From Auanema rhodensis (Eukaryota; Animalia; Nematoda), in the NCBI GenBank assembly GCA_964057225.1, contig OZ059899.1, forward strand, positions 18,972,001-19,036,000: a stretch of 64,000 nucleotides of DNA, read 5' to 3'. Positions 1 to 11,567 of the stretch are shown in pieces. A program made the position numbers and the translations under genes. How positions within the stretch are numbered: the stretch's first letter is position 1; the number at the start of each line of letters is the position of its first letter. The notes beneath the pieces are model-generated. The model saw only the letters and a program-made list of their open reading frames with translations. It did no database searches and was not told the DNA's origin.

Positions 1-6
1 TAGTGT

Positions 7-34
7 ATGTTGAGTTTCCATGTACACTCAACAT
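7..34. repeat. Inverted repeat H1 (present in every monomer): ATGTTGAGT-N10-ACTCAACAT
   Basis: Bases 7-15 are the exact reverse complement of 26-34; loop TTCCATGTAC. Confidence 0.95.
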
Positions 35-41
35 TGCTTCC

Positions 42-125
42 AAAAACATTTTGACAAAAATTTTTCCGAAAAATTTCAAAATAATTTCGCAAAAAATAGT
101 TGTTTTTAGATTCCTTTTCTCAAAA
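42..125. other. A/T-tract segment of the monomer (present in every monomer)
   Basis: A4-A6 runs start at 42, 56, 69, 78 and 91, interleaved with T runs, including the palindrome AAAAATTTTT at 56-65. Confidence 0.8.
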
Positions 126-184
126 CAAAGACGATGGACAATGTTATTCAACGAAAAAATTAATTCTGCAGGGTGAAAATCGAG

Positions 185-206
185 GATATAAGTGTGAACT
201 TATATC
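185..206. repeat. Inverted repeat H2 (present in every monomer): GATATAAGT-GTGA-ACTTATATC
   Basis: Bases 185-193 are the exact reverse complement of 198-206; 4-nt loop GTGA. Confidence 0.95.
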
Positions 207-335
207 AGTTGATATCTCGGTGAATTTTTAAGCTAGCGCAAATCTGATAAAACAGATCGACGCAGCTTAAAAATCCGCATCGAATGCACTATACAACATT
301 GAGAAACGCTTAGTACAAAAATTAGTTATGATCGT

Positions 336-527
336 TTGAAAAAAGATGCATTAGTGTATGTTGAGTTTCCATGTACACTCAACATTGCTTCCAAAAACAT
401 TTTGACAAAAATTTTTCCGAAAAATTTCAAAATAATTTCGCAAAAAATAGAAGTTTTTAGATTCCTTTTTTCAAGGCAAAGACGATGGACAATGTTATTC
501 AACGAAAAAATTAATTCTGCAGAGTGA
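336..527 (+). other. Incidental 63-codon ORF embedded in the monomer (open in 158 of 181 full units); probably not a gene
   Basis: TTG start (CTG in a few units), K/F/I/N-rich from A/T tracts, no domain I recognise, many nonsynonymous variants, and two amplified nonsense lineages. The confidence value refers to it being a real coding sequence. Confidence 0.05.
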
Positions 528-1269
528 AAATCGAGGATATAAGTGTGAACTTATATCAGTTGATATCTCGGTGAATTTTCAAGCTAGCGCAAATCTGATA
601 ACACAGATCGACGCAGCTTAAAAATCCGCATCGAATGCACTATACAACATTGAGAAACGCTTAATACAAAGTCTAGTTATGATCGTTTGAAAAATGATGC
701 ATTAGTGTATGTTGAGTTTCCATGTACACTCAACATTGCTTCCAAAAACATTTTGACAAAAATTTTTCCGAAAATTTTCAAAATAATTTTGCAAAAAGTA
801 GATGTTTTTAGATTCCTTTTTTCAAGGCAAAGACGATGGACAATGTTATTCAACGAAAAAATTAATTCTCCAGGGTGAAAATCGAGGATGTAAGTGTGAA
901 CTTATATCAGTTGATATCTCGGTGCATTTTTAAGCTAGCGCAAATCTGATAACACAGATCGACGCAGCTTAAACATCCGCATCGAATGCACTATACAACA
1001 TTGAGAAACGCTTAATACAAAAATTAGTTATGATCCTTTGAAAAATGATGCATTAGTGTATGTTGAGTTTCCATGTACACTCAACATTGCTTCCAAAAAC
1101 ATTTTTACAAAAATTTTTCCGAAAATTTTCGAAACAATTTCGCAAAAAGTAGATGTTTTTAGATTCCTTTTTTCAAGGCAAAGAAGATGGACATTGTTAT
1201 TCAACGAAAAAATTAATTCTGCAGGGTGAAAATCGAGGATATAAGTGTGAACTTATATCAGTTGATATC

Positions 1270-1336
1270 TCGGTGCATTTTTAAGCTAGCGCAAATCTGA
1301 TAACACAGATCGACGCAGCTTAAAAATCCGCATCGA
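1270..1336. repeat. Long imperfect inverted repeat H3 (about 67 nt, present in every monomer; equivalent to 217-283 in the first)
   Basis: TCGGTGC/GCATCGA (7 bp, one G.T), ATTTTTAAGCT/AGCTTAAAAAT (11 bp perfect), GCG/CGC, ATCTG/CAGAT, loop ATAACA or ATAAAA. Confidence 0.92.
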
Positions 1337-3494
1337 ATGCACTATACAACATTGAGAAACGCTTAATACAAAAATTAGTTATGATCGTTTGAAAAATGAT
1401 GCATTAGTGTATGTTGAGTTTCCATGTACACTCAACATTGCTTCCAAAAACATTTTTACAAAAATTTTTCCGAAAATTTTCGAAACAATTTCGCAAAAAG
1501 TAGATGTTTTTAGATTCCTTTTTTCAAGGCAAAGACGATGGACAATGTTATTCAACGAAAAAATTAATTCTGCAGAGTGAAAATCGAGGATATAAGTGTG
1601 AACTTATATCAGTTGATATCTCGGTGAATTTTCAAGCTAGCGCAAATCTGATAACACAGATCGACGCAGCTTAAAAATCCGCATCGAATGCACTATACAA
1701 CATTGAGAAACGCTTAATACAAAGTCTAGTTATGATCGTTTGAAAAATGATGCATTAGTGTATGTTGAGTTTCCATGTACACTCAACATTGCTTCCAAAA
1801 ACATTTTGACAAAAATTTTTCCGAAAATTTTCAAAATAATTTTGCAAAAAGTAGATGTTTTTAGATTCCTTTTTTCAAGGCAAAGACGATGGACAATGTT
1901 ATTCAACGAAAAAATTAATTCTCCAGGGTGAAAATCGAGGATGTAAGTGTGAACTTATATCAGTTGATATCTCGGTGCATTTTTAAGCTAGCGCAAATCT
2001 GATAACACAGATCGACGCAGCTTAAACATCCGCATCGAATGCACTATACAACATTGAGAAACGCTTAATACAAAAATTAGTTATGATCGTTTGAAAAATG
2101 ATGCATTAGTGTATGTTGAGTTTCCATGTACACTCAACATTGCTTCCAAAAACATTTTTACAAAAATTTTTCCGAAAATTTTCGAAACAATTTCGCAAAA
2201 AGTAGATGTTTTTAGATTCCTTTTTTCAAGGCAAAGACGATGGACATTGTTATTCAACGAAAAAATTAATTCTGCAGGGTGAAAATCGAGGATATAAGTG
2301 TGAACTTATATCAGTTGATATCTCGGTGCATTTTTAAGCTAGCGCAAATCTGATAACACAGATCGACGCAGCTTAAAAATCCGCATCGAATGCACTATAC
2401 AACATTGAGAAACGCTTAATACAAAAATTAGTTATGATCGTTTGAAAAATGATGCATTAGTGTATGTTGAGTTTCCATGTACACTCAACATTGCTTCCAA
2501 AAACATTTTTACAAAAATTTTTCCGAAAATTTTCGAAACAATTTCGCAAAAAGTAGATGTTTTTAGATTCCTTTTTTCAAGGCAAAGACGATGGACATTG
2601 TTATTCAACGAAAAAATTAATTCTGCAGGGTGAAAATCGAGGATATAAGTGTGAACTTATATCAGTTGATATCTCGGTGCATTTTTAAGCTAGCGCAAAT
2701 CTGATAACACAGATCGACGCAGCTTAAAAATCCGCATCGAATGCACTATACAACATTGAGAAACGCTCAATACAAAAATTAGTTATGATCGTTTGAAAAA
2801 TGATGCATTAGTGTATGTTGAGTTTCCATGTACACTCAACATTGCTTCCAAAAACATTTTTACAAAAATTTTTCCGGAAAATTTCGAAACAATTTCGCAA
2901 AAAGTAGATGTTTTTAGATTCCTTTTTCCAAGGCAAAGACGATGGACAATGTTATTCAACGAAAAAATTGATTCTCCAGGGTGAAAATCGAGGATGTAAG
3001 TGTGAACTTATATCAGTTGATATCTCGGTGCATTTTCAAGCTAGCGCAAATCTGATAACACAGATCGACGCAGCTTAAAAATCCGCATCTAATGCACTAT
3101 ACAACATTGAGAAACGCTTAATACAAAAATTAGTTATGATCGTTTGAAAAATGATGCATTAGTGTATGTTGAGTTTCCATGTACACTCAACATTGCTTCC
3201 AAAAACATTTTTACAAAAATTTTTCCGGAAAATTTCGAAACAATTTTGCAAAAAGTAGAAGTTTTTAGATTCCTTTTTTCAAGGCAAAGACGATGGACAA
3301 TGTTATTCAACGAAAAAATTAATTCTGCAGAGTGAAAATCGAGGATATAAGTGTGAACTTATATCAGTTGATATCTCGGTGAATTTTCAAGCTAGCGCAA
3401 ATCTGATAACACAGATCGACGCAGCTTAAAAATCCGCATCGAATGCACTATACAACATTGAGAAACGCTTAATACAAAGTCTAGTTATGATCGT

Positions 3495-6400
3495 TTGAAA
3501 AATGATGCATTAGTGTATGTTGAGTTTCCATGTACACTCAACATTGCTTCCAAAAACATTTTGACAAAAATTTTTCCGAAAATTTTCAAAATAATTTTGC
3601 AAAAAGTAGATGTTTTTAGATTCCTTTTTTCAAGGCAAAGACGATGGACAATGTTATTCAACGAAAAAATTAATTCTCCAGGGTGAAAATCGAGGATGTA
3701 AGTGTGAACTTATATCAGTTGATATCTCGGTGCATTTTTAAGCTAGCGCAAATCTGATAACACAGATCGACGCAGCTTAAACATCCGCATCGAATGCACT
3801 ATACAACATTGAGAAACGCTTAATACAAAAATTAGTTATGATCGTTTGAAAAATGATGCATTAGTGTATGTTGAGTTTCCATGTACACTCAACATTGCTT
3901 CCAAAAACATTTTTACAAAAATTTTTCCGAAAATTTTCGAAACAATTTCGCAAAAAGTAGATGTTTTTAGATTCCTTTTTTCAAGGCAAAGACGATGGAC
4001 ATTGTTATTCAACGAAAAAATTAATTCTGCAGGGTGAAAATCGAGGATATAAGTGTGAACTTATATCAGTTGATATCTCGGTGCATTTTTAAGCTAGCGC
4101 AAATCTGATAACACAGATCGACGCAGCTTAAAAATCCGCATCGAATGCACTATACAACATTGAGAAACGCTCAATACAAAAATTAGTTATGATCGTTTGA
4201 AAAATGATGCATTAGTGTATGTTGAGTTTCCATGTACACTCAACATTGCTTCCAAAAACATTTTTACAAAAATTTTTCCGGAAAATTTCGAAACAATTTC
4301 GCAAAAAGTAGATGTTTTTAGATTCCTTTTTCCAAGGCAAAGACGATGGACAATGTTATTCAACGAAAAAATTGATTCTCCAGGGTGAAAATCGAGGATG
4401 TAAGTGTGAACTTATATCAGTTGATATCTCGGTGCATTTTCAAGCTAGCGCAAATCTGATAACACAGATCGACGCAGCTTAAAAATCCGCATCTAATGCA
4501 CTATACAACATTGAGAAACGCTTAATACAAAAATTAGTTATGATCGTTTGAAAAATGATGCATTAGTGTATGTTGAGTTTCCATGTACACTCAACATTGC
4601 TTCCAAAAACATTTTTACAAAAATTTTTCCGGAAAATTTCGAAACAATTTTGCAAAAAGTAGATGTTTTTAGATTCCTTTTTCCAAGGCAAAGACGATGG
4701 ACAATGTTATTCAACGAAAAAATTAATTCTGCAGGGTGAAAATCGAGGATATAAGTGTGAACTTATATCAGTTGATATCTCGGTGCATTTTTAAGCTAGC
4801 GCAAATCTGATAACACAGATCGACGCAGCTTAAAAATCCACATCGAATGCACTATACAACATTGAGAAACGCTTAATACAAAAATTAGTTATGATCGTTT
4901 GAAAAATGATGCATTAGTGTATGTTGAGTTTCCATGTACACTCAACATTGCTTCCAAAAACATTTTGACAAAAATTTTTTCGAAAAATTTCAGAATATTT
5001 TAGCAAAAAATAGTTGTTTTTAGATTCCTTTTCTCAAGGCAAAGACGATGGACAATGTTATTCAACGAAAAAATTAATTCTGCAGGGTGAAAATCGAGGA
5101 TATAAGTGTGAACTTATATCAGTTGATATCTCGGTGAATTTTTAAGCTAGCGCAAATCTGATAAAACAGATCAACGCAGCTTAAAAATCCGCATCGAATG
5201 CACTATACAACATTGAGAAACGCTTAATACAAAAATTAGTTATGATCGTTTGAAAAAAGATGCATTAGTGTATGTTGAGTTTCCATGTACACTCAACATT
5301 GCTTCCAAAAACATTTTGACAAAAATTTTACCGAAAAATTTCAAAATAATTTCGCAAAAAATAGAAGTTTTTAGATTCCTTTTTTCAAGGCAAAGACGAT
5401 GGACAATGTTATTCAACGAAAAAATTAATTCTGCAGAGTGAAAATCGAGGATATAAGTGTGAACTTATATCAGTTGATATCTCTGTGAATTTTTAAGCTA
5501 GCGCAAATCTGATAAAACAGATCGACGCAGCTTAAAAATCCGCATCGAATGCACTATACAACATTGAGAAACGCTTAATACAAAAATTAGTTATGATCGT
5601 TTGAAAAAAGATGCATTAGTGTATGTTGAGTTTCCATGTATACTCAACATTGCTTCCAAAAACATTTTGACAAAAATTTTTCCGAAAAATTTCAAAATAA
5701 TTTCGCAAAAAATAGAAGTTTTTAGATTCCTTTTTTCAAGGCAAAGACGATGGACAATGTTATTCAACGAAAAAATTAATTCTGCAGAGTGAAAATCGAG
5801 GATATAAGTGTGAACTTATATCAGTTGATATCTCGGTGAATTTTTAAGCTAGCGCAAATCTGATAACACAGATCGACGCAGCTTAAAAATCCGCATCGAA
5901 TGCACTATACAACATTGAGAAACGCTTAATACAAAAATTAGTTATGATCGTTTGAAAAATGATGCATTAGTGTATGTTGAGTTTCCATGTACACTCAACA
6001 TTGCTTCCAAAAACATTTTGACAAAAATTTTTTCGAAAAATTTCAGAATATTTTAGCAAAAAATAGTTGTTTTTAGATTCCTTTTCTCAAAACAAAGACG
6101 ATGGACAATGTTATTCAACGAAAAAATTAATTCTGCAGGGTGAAAATCGAGGATATAAGTGTGAACTTATATCAGTTGATATCTCGGTGAATTTTTAAGC
6201 TAGCGCAAATCTGATAAAACAGATCGACGCAGCTTAAAAATCCGCATCGAATGCACTATACAACATTGAGAAACGCTTAGTACAAAAATTAGTTATGATC
6301 GTTTGAAAAAAGATGCATTAGTGTATGTTGAGTTTCCATGTACACTCAACATTGCTTCCAAAAACATTTTTACAAAAATTTTTCCGGAAAATTTCAAAAT

Positions 6401-9400
6401 AATTTCGCAAAAAATAGAAGTTTTTAGATTCCTTTTTTCAAGGCAAAGACGATGGACAATGTTATTCAACGAAAAAATTAATTCTGCAGAGTGAAAATCG
6501 AGGATATAAGTGTGAACTTATATCAGTTGATATCTCGGTGAATTTTCAAGCTAGCGCAAATCTGATAACACAGATCGACGCAGCTTAAAAATCCGCATCG
6601 AATGCACTATACAACATTGAGAAACGCTTAATACAAAGTCTAGTTATGATCGTTTGAAAAATGATGCATTAGTGTATGTTGAGTTTCCATGTACACTCAA
6701 CATTGCTTCCAAAAACATTTTGACAAAAATTTTTCCGAAAATTTTCAAAATAATTTTGCAAAAAGTAGATGTTTTTAGATTCCTTTTTTCAAGGCAAAGA
6801 CGATGGACAATGTTATTCAACGAAAAAATTAATTCTCCAGGGTGAAAATCGAGGATGTAAGTGTGAACTTATATCAGTTGATATCTCGGTGCATTTTTAA
6901 GCTAGCGCAAATCTGATAACACAGATCGACGCAGCTTAAACATCCGCATCGAATGCACTATACAACATTGAGAAACGCTTAATACAAAAATTAGTTATGA
7001 TCGTTTGAAAAATGATGCATTAGTGTATGTTGAGTTTCCATGTACACTCAACATTGCTTCCAAAAACATTTTTACAAAAATTTTTCCGAAAATTTTCGAA
7101 ACAATTTCGCAAAAAGTAGATGTTTTTAGATTCCTTTTTTCAAGGCAAAGACGATGGACATTGTTATTCAACGAAAAAATTAATTCTGCAGGGTGAAAAT
7201 CGAGGATATAAGTGTGAACTTATATCAGTTGATATCTCGGTGCATTTTTAAGCTAGCGCAAATCTGATAACACAGATCGACGCAGCTTAAAAATCCGCAT
7301 CGAATGCACTATACAACATTGAGAAACGCTCAATACAAAAATTAGTTATGATCGTTTGAAAAATGATGCATTAGTGTATGTTGAGTTTCCATGTACACTC
7401 AACATTGCTTCCAAAAACATTTTTACAAAAATTTTTCCGGAAAATTTCGAAACAATTTCGCAAAAAGTAGATGTTTTTAGATTCCTTTTTCCAAGGCAAA
7501 GACGATGGACAATGTTATTCAACGAAAAAATTAATTCTGCAGAGTGAAAATCGAGGATATAAGTGTGAACTTATATCAGTTGATATCTCGGTGAATTTTC
7601 AAGCTAGCGCAAATCTGATAACACAGATCGACGCAGCTTAAAAATCCGCATCGAATGCACTATACAACATTGAGAAACGCTTAATACAAAGTCTAGTTAT
7701 GATCGTTTGAAAAATGATGCATTAGTGTATGTTGAGTTTCCATGTACACTCAACATTGCTTCCAAAAACATTTTGACAAAAATTTTTCCGAAAATTTTCA
7801 AAATAATTTTGCAAAAAGTAGATGTTTTTAGATTCCTTTTTTCAAGGCAAAGACGATGGACAATGTTATTCAACGAAAAAATTAATTCTCCAGGGTGAAA
7901 ATCGAGGATGTAAGTGTGAACTTATATCAGTTGATATCTCGGTGCATTTTTAAGCTAGCGCAAATCTGATAACACAGATCGACGCAGCTTAAACATCCGC
8001 ATCGAATGCACTATACAACATTGAGAAACGCTTAATACAAAAATTAGTTATGATCGTTTGAAAAATGATGCATTAGTGTATGTTGAGTTTCCATGTACAC
8101 TCAACATTGCTTCCAAAAACATTTTTACAAAAATTTTTCCGAAAATTTTCGAAACAATTTCGCAAAAAGTAGATGTTTTTAGATTCCTTTTTTCAAGGCA
8201 AAGACGATGGACATTGTTATTCAACGAAAAAATTAATTCTGCAGGGTGAAAATCGAGGATATAAGTGTGAACTTATATCAGTTGATATCTCGGTGCATTT
8301 TTAAGCTAGCGCAAATCTGATAACACAGATCGACGCAGCTTAAAAATCCGCATCGAATGCACTATACAACATTGAGAAACGCTCAATACAAAAATTAGTT
8401 ATGATCGTTTGAAAAATGATGCATTAGTGTATGTTGAGTTTCCATGTACACTCAACATTGCTTCCAAAAACATTTTTACAAAAATTTTTCCGGAAAATTT
8501 CGAAACAATTTCGCAAAAAGTAGATGTTTTTAGATTCCTTTTTCCAAGGCAAAGAAGATGGACAATGTTATTCAACGAAAAAATTGATTCTCCAGGGTGA
8601 AAATCGAGGATGTAAGTGTGAACTTATATCAGTTGATATCTCGGTGCATTTTCAAGCTAGCGCAAATCTGATAACACAGATCGACGCAGCTTAAAAATCC
8701 GCATCTAATGCACTATACAACATTGAGAAACGCTTAATACAAAAATTAGTTATGATCGTTTGAAAAATGATGCATTAGTGTATGTTGAGTTTCCATGTAC
8801 ACTCAACATTGCTTCCAAAAACATTTTTACAAAAATTTTTCCGGAAAATTTCGAAACAATTTTGCAAAAAGTAGATGTTTTTAGATTCCTTTTTCCAAGG
8901 CAAAGACGATGGACAATGTTATTCAACGAAAAAATTAATTCTGCAGGGTGAAAATCGAGGATATAAGTGTGAACTTATATCAGTTGATATCTCGGTGCAT
9001 TTTTAAGCTAGCGCAAATCTGATAACACAGATCGACGCAGCTTAAAAATCCACATCGAATGCACTATACAACATTGAGAAACGCTTAATACAAAAATTAG
9101 TTATGATCGTTTGAAAAAAGATGCATTAGTGTATGTTGAGTTTCCATGTACACTCAACATTGCTTCCAAAAACATTTTGACAAAAATTTTTTCGAAAAAT
9201 TTCAGAATATTTTAGCAAAAAATAGTTGTTTTTAGATTCCTTTTCTCAAGGCAAAGACGATGGACAATGTTATTCAACGAAAAAATTAATTCTGCAGGGT
9301 GAAAATCGAGGATATAAGTGTGAACTTATATCAGTTGATATCTCGGTGAATTTTTAAGCTAGCGCAAATCTGATAAAACAGATCAACGCAGCTTAAAAAT

Positions 9401-10514
9401 CCGCATCGAATGCACTATACAACATTGAGAAACGCTTAATACAAAAATTAGTTATGATCGTTTGAAAAAAGATGCATTAGTGTATGTTGAGTTTCCATGT
9501 ACACTCAACATTGCTTCCAAAAACATTTTGACAAAAATTTTACCGAAAAATTTCAAAATAATTTCGCAAAAAATAGAAGTTTTTAGATTCCTTTTTTCAA
9601 GGCAAAGACGATGGACAATGTTATTCAACGAAAAAATTAATTCTGCAGAGTGAAAATCGAGGATATAAGTGTGAACTTATATCAGTTGATATCTCTGTGA
9701 ATTTTTAAGCTAGCGCAAATCTGATAAAACAGATCGACGCAGCTTAAAAATCCGCATCGAATGCACTATACAACATTGAGAAACGCTTAATACAAAAATT
9801 AGTTATGATCGTTTGAAAAAAGATGCATTAGTGTATGTTGAGTTTCCATGTATACTCAACATTGCTTCCAAAAACATTTTGACAAAAATTTTTCCGAAAA
9901 ATTTCAAAATAATTTCGCAAAAAATAGAAGTTTTTAGATTCCTTTTTTCAAGGCAAAGACGATGGACAATGTTATTCAACGAAAAAATTAATTCTGCAGA
10001 GTGAAAATCGAGGATATAAGTGTGAACTTATATCAGTTGATATCTCGGTGAATTTTTAAGCTAGCGCAAATCTGATAACACAGATCGACGCAGCTTAAAA
10101 ATCCGCATCGAATGCACTATACAACATTGAGAAACGCTTAATACAAAAATTAGTTATGATCGTTTGAAAAATGATGCATTAGTGTATGTTGAGTTTCCAT
10201 GTACACTCAACATTGCTTCCAAAAACATTTTGACAAAAATTTTTTCGAAAAATTTCAGAATATTTTAGCAAAAAATAGTTGTTTTTAGATTCCTTTTCTC
10301 AAAACAAAGACGATGGACAATGTTATTCAACGAAAAAATTAATTCTGCAGGGTGAAAATCGAGGATATAAGTGTGAACTTATATCAGTTGATATCTCGGT
10401 GAATTTTTAAGCTAGCGCAAATCTGATAAAACAGATCGACGCAGCTTAAAAATCCGCATCGAATGCACTATACAACATTGAGAAACGCTTAGTACAAAAA
10501 TTAGTTATGATCGT
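3495..10514. repeat. Block duplication: 8+ monomers (3495-6302) repeated at 7707-10514, offset 4212 = 12 x 351
   Basis: Shared rare variants at the same offset: 'aatttta ccg' units 5250/9462, 'catgtata' units 5601/9813, TAG-type units 4899/9111 and 5952/10164, 'tccacatcg' after units 4548/8760. Confidence 0.9.
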
Positions 10515-11567
10515 TTGAAAAAAGATGCATTAGTGTATGTTGAGTTTCCATGTACACTCAACATTGCTTCCAAAAACATTTTGACAAAAATTTTTCCGAA
10601 AAATTTCAAAATAATTTCGCAAAAAATAGAAGTTTTTAGATTCCTTTTTTCAAGGCAAAGACGATGGACAATGTTATTCAACGAAAAAATTAATTCTGCA
10701 GAGTGAAAATCGAGGATATAAGTGTGAACTTATATCAGTTGATATCTCGGTGAATTTTCAAGCTAGCGCAAATCTGATAACACAGATCGACGCAGCTTAA
10801 AAATCCGCATCGAATGCACTATACAACATTGAGAAACGCTTAATACAAAGTCTAGTTATGATCGTTTGAAAAAAGATGCATTAGTGTATGTTGAGTTTCC
10901 ATGTACACTCAACATTGCTTCCAAAAACATTTTGACAAAAATTTTTCCGAAAAATTTCAAAATAATTTCGCAAAAAATAGAAGTTTTTAGATTCCTTTTT
11001 TCAAGGCAAAGACGATGGACAATGTTATTCAACGAAAAAATTAATTCTGCAGAGTGAAAATCGAGGATATAAGTGTGAACTTATATCAGTTGATATCTCG
11101 GTGCATTTTTAAGCTAGCGCAAATCTGATAACACAGATCGACGCAGCTTAAAAATCCGCATCGAATGCACTATACTACATTGAAAAACGCTTAATACAAA
11201 AATTAGTTATGATCGTTTGAAAAAAGATGCATTAGTGTATGTTGAGTTTCCATGTATACTCAACATTGCTTCCAAAAACATTTTGACAAAAATTTTTCCG
11301 AAAATTTTCAAAATAATTTTGCAAAAAGTAGATGTTTTTAGATTCCTTTTTTCAAGGCAAAGACGATGGACAATGTTATTCATCGAAAAAATTAATTCTC
11401 CAGGGTGAAAATCGAGGATGTAAGTGTGAACTTATATCAGTTGATATCTCGGTGCATTTTTAAGCTAGCGCAAATCTGATAACACAGATCGACGCAGCTT
11501 AAACATCCGCATCGAATGCACTATACAACATTCAGAAACGCTTAATACAAAAATTAGTTATGATCGT

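Noticed and set aside
60-100. CENP-B box
   Set aside because: TTCG and CGAA words are present, but I found no match to TTCGNNNNANNCGGG on either strand.
185-230. Rho-independent terminator or bacterial promoter
   Set aside because: The stem is AT-rich with no immediately following T-tract, there is no credible upstream gene, and the context is a eukaryote-style satellite.
244-340. Hammerhead ribozyme as in some transcribed satellites (CTGATAA ... GAAACG ... CGTT)
   Set aside because: The core requires CUGANGA but here it is CUGAUAA (G8 missing). Stems I and II cannot form next to the core, and CTGA is sequestered in H3. The minus-strand CTGATAT also fails.
1-351. 5S rRNA, tRNA, spliced-leader or snRNA tandem gene unit
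   Set aside because: No recognisable 5S sequence, tRNA cloverleaf or T-loop motif, or spliced-leader exon. An Rfam search would be the definitive test.
1-351. Monomer as an ancient dimer of about 175-bp subunits
   Set aside because: H1 and H2 are about half a period apart (7 vs 185), but I could not align the two halves by eye. A self-dotplot is needed.
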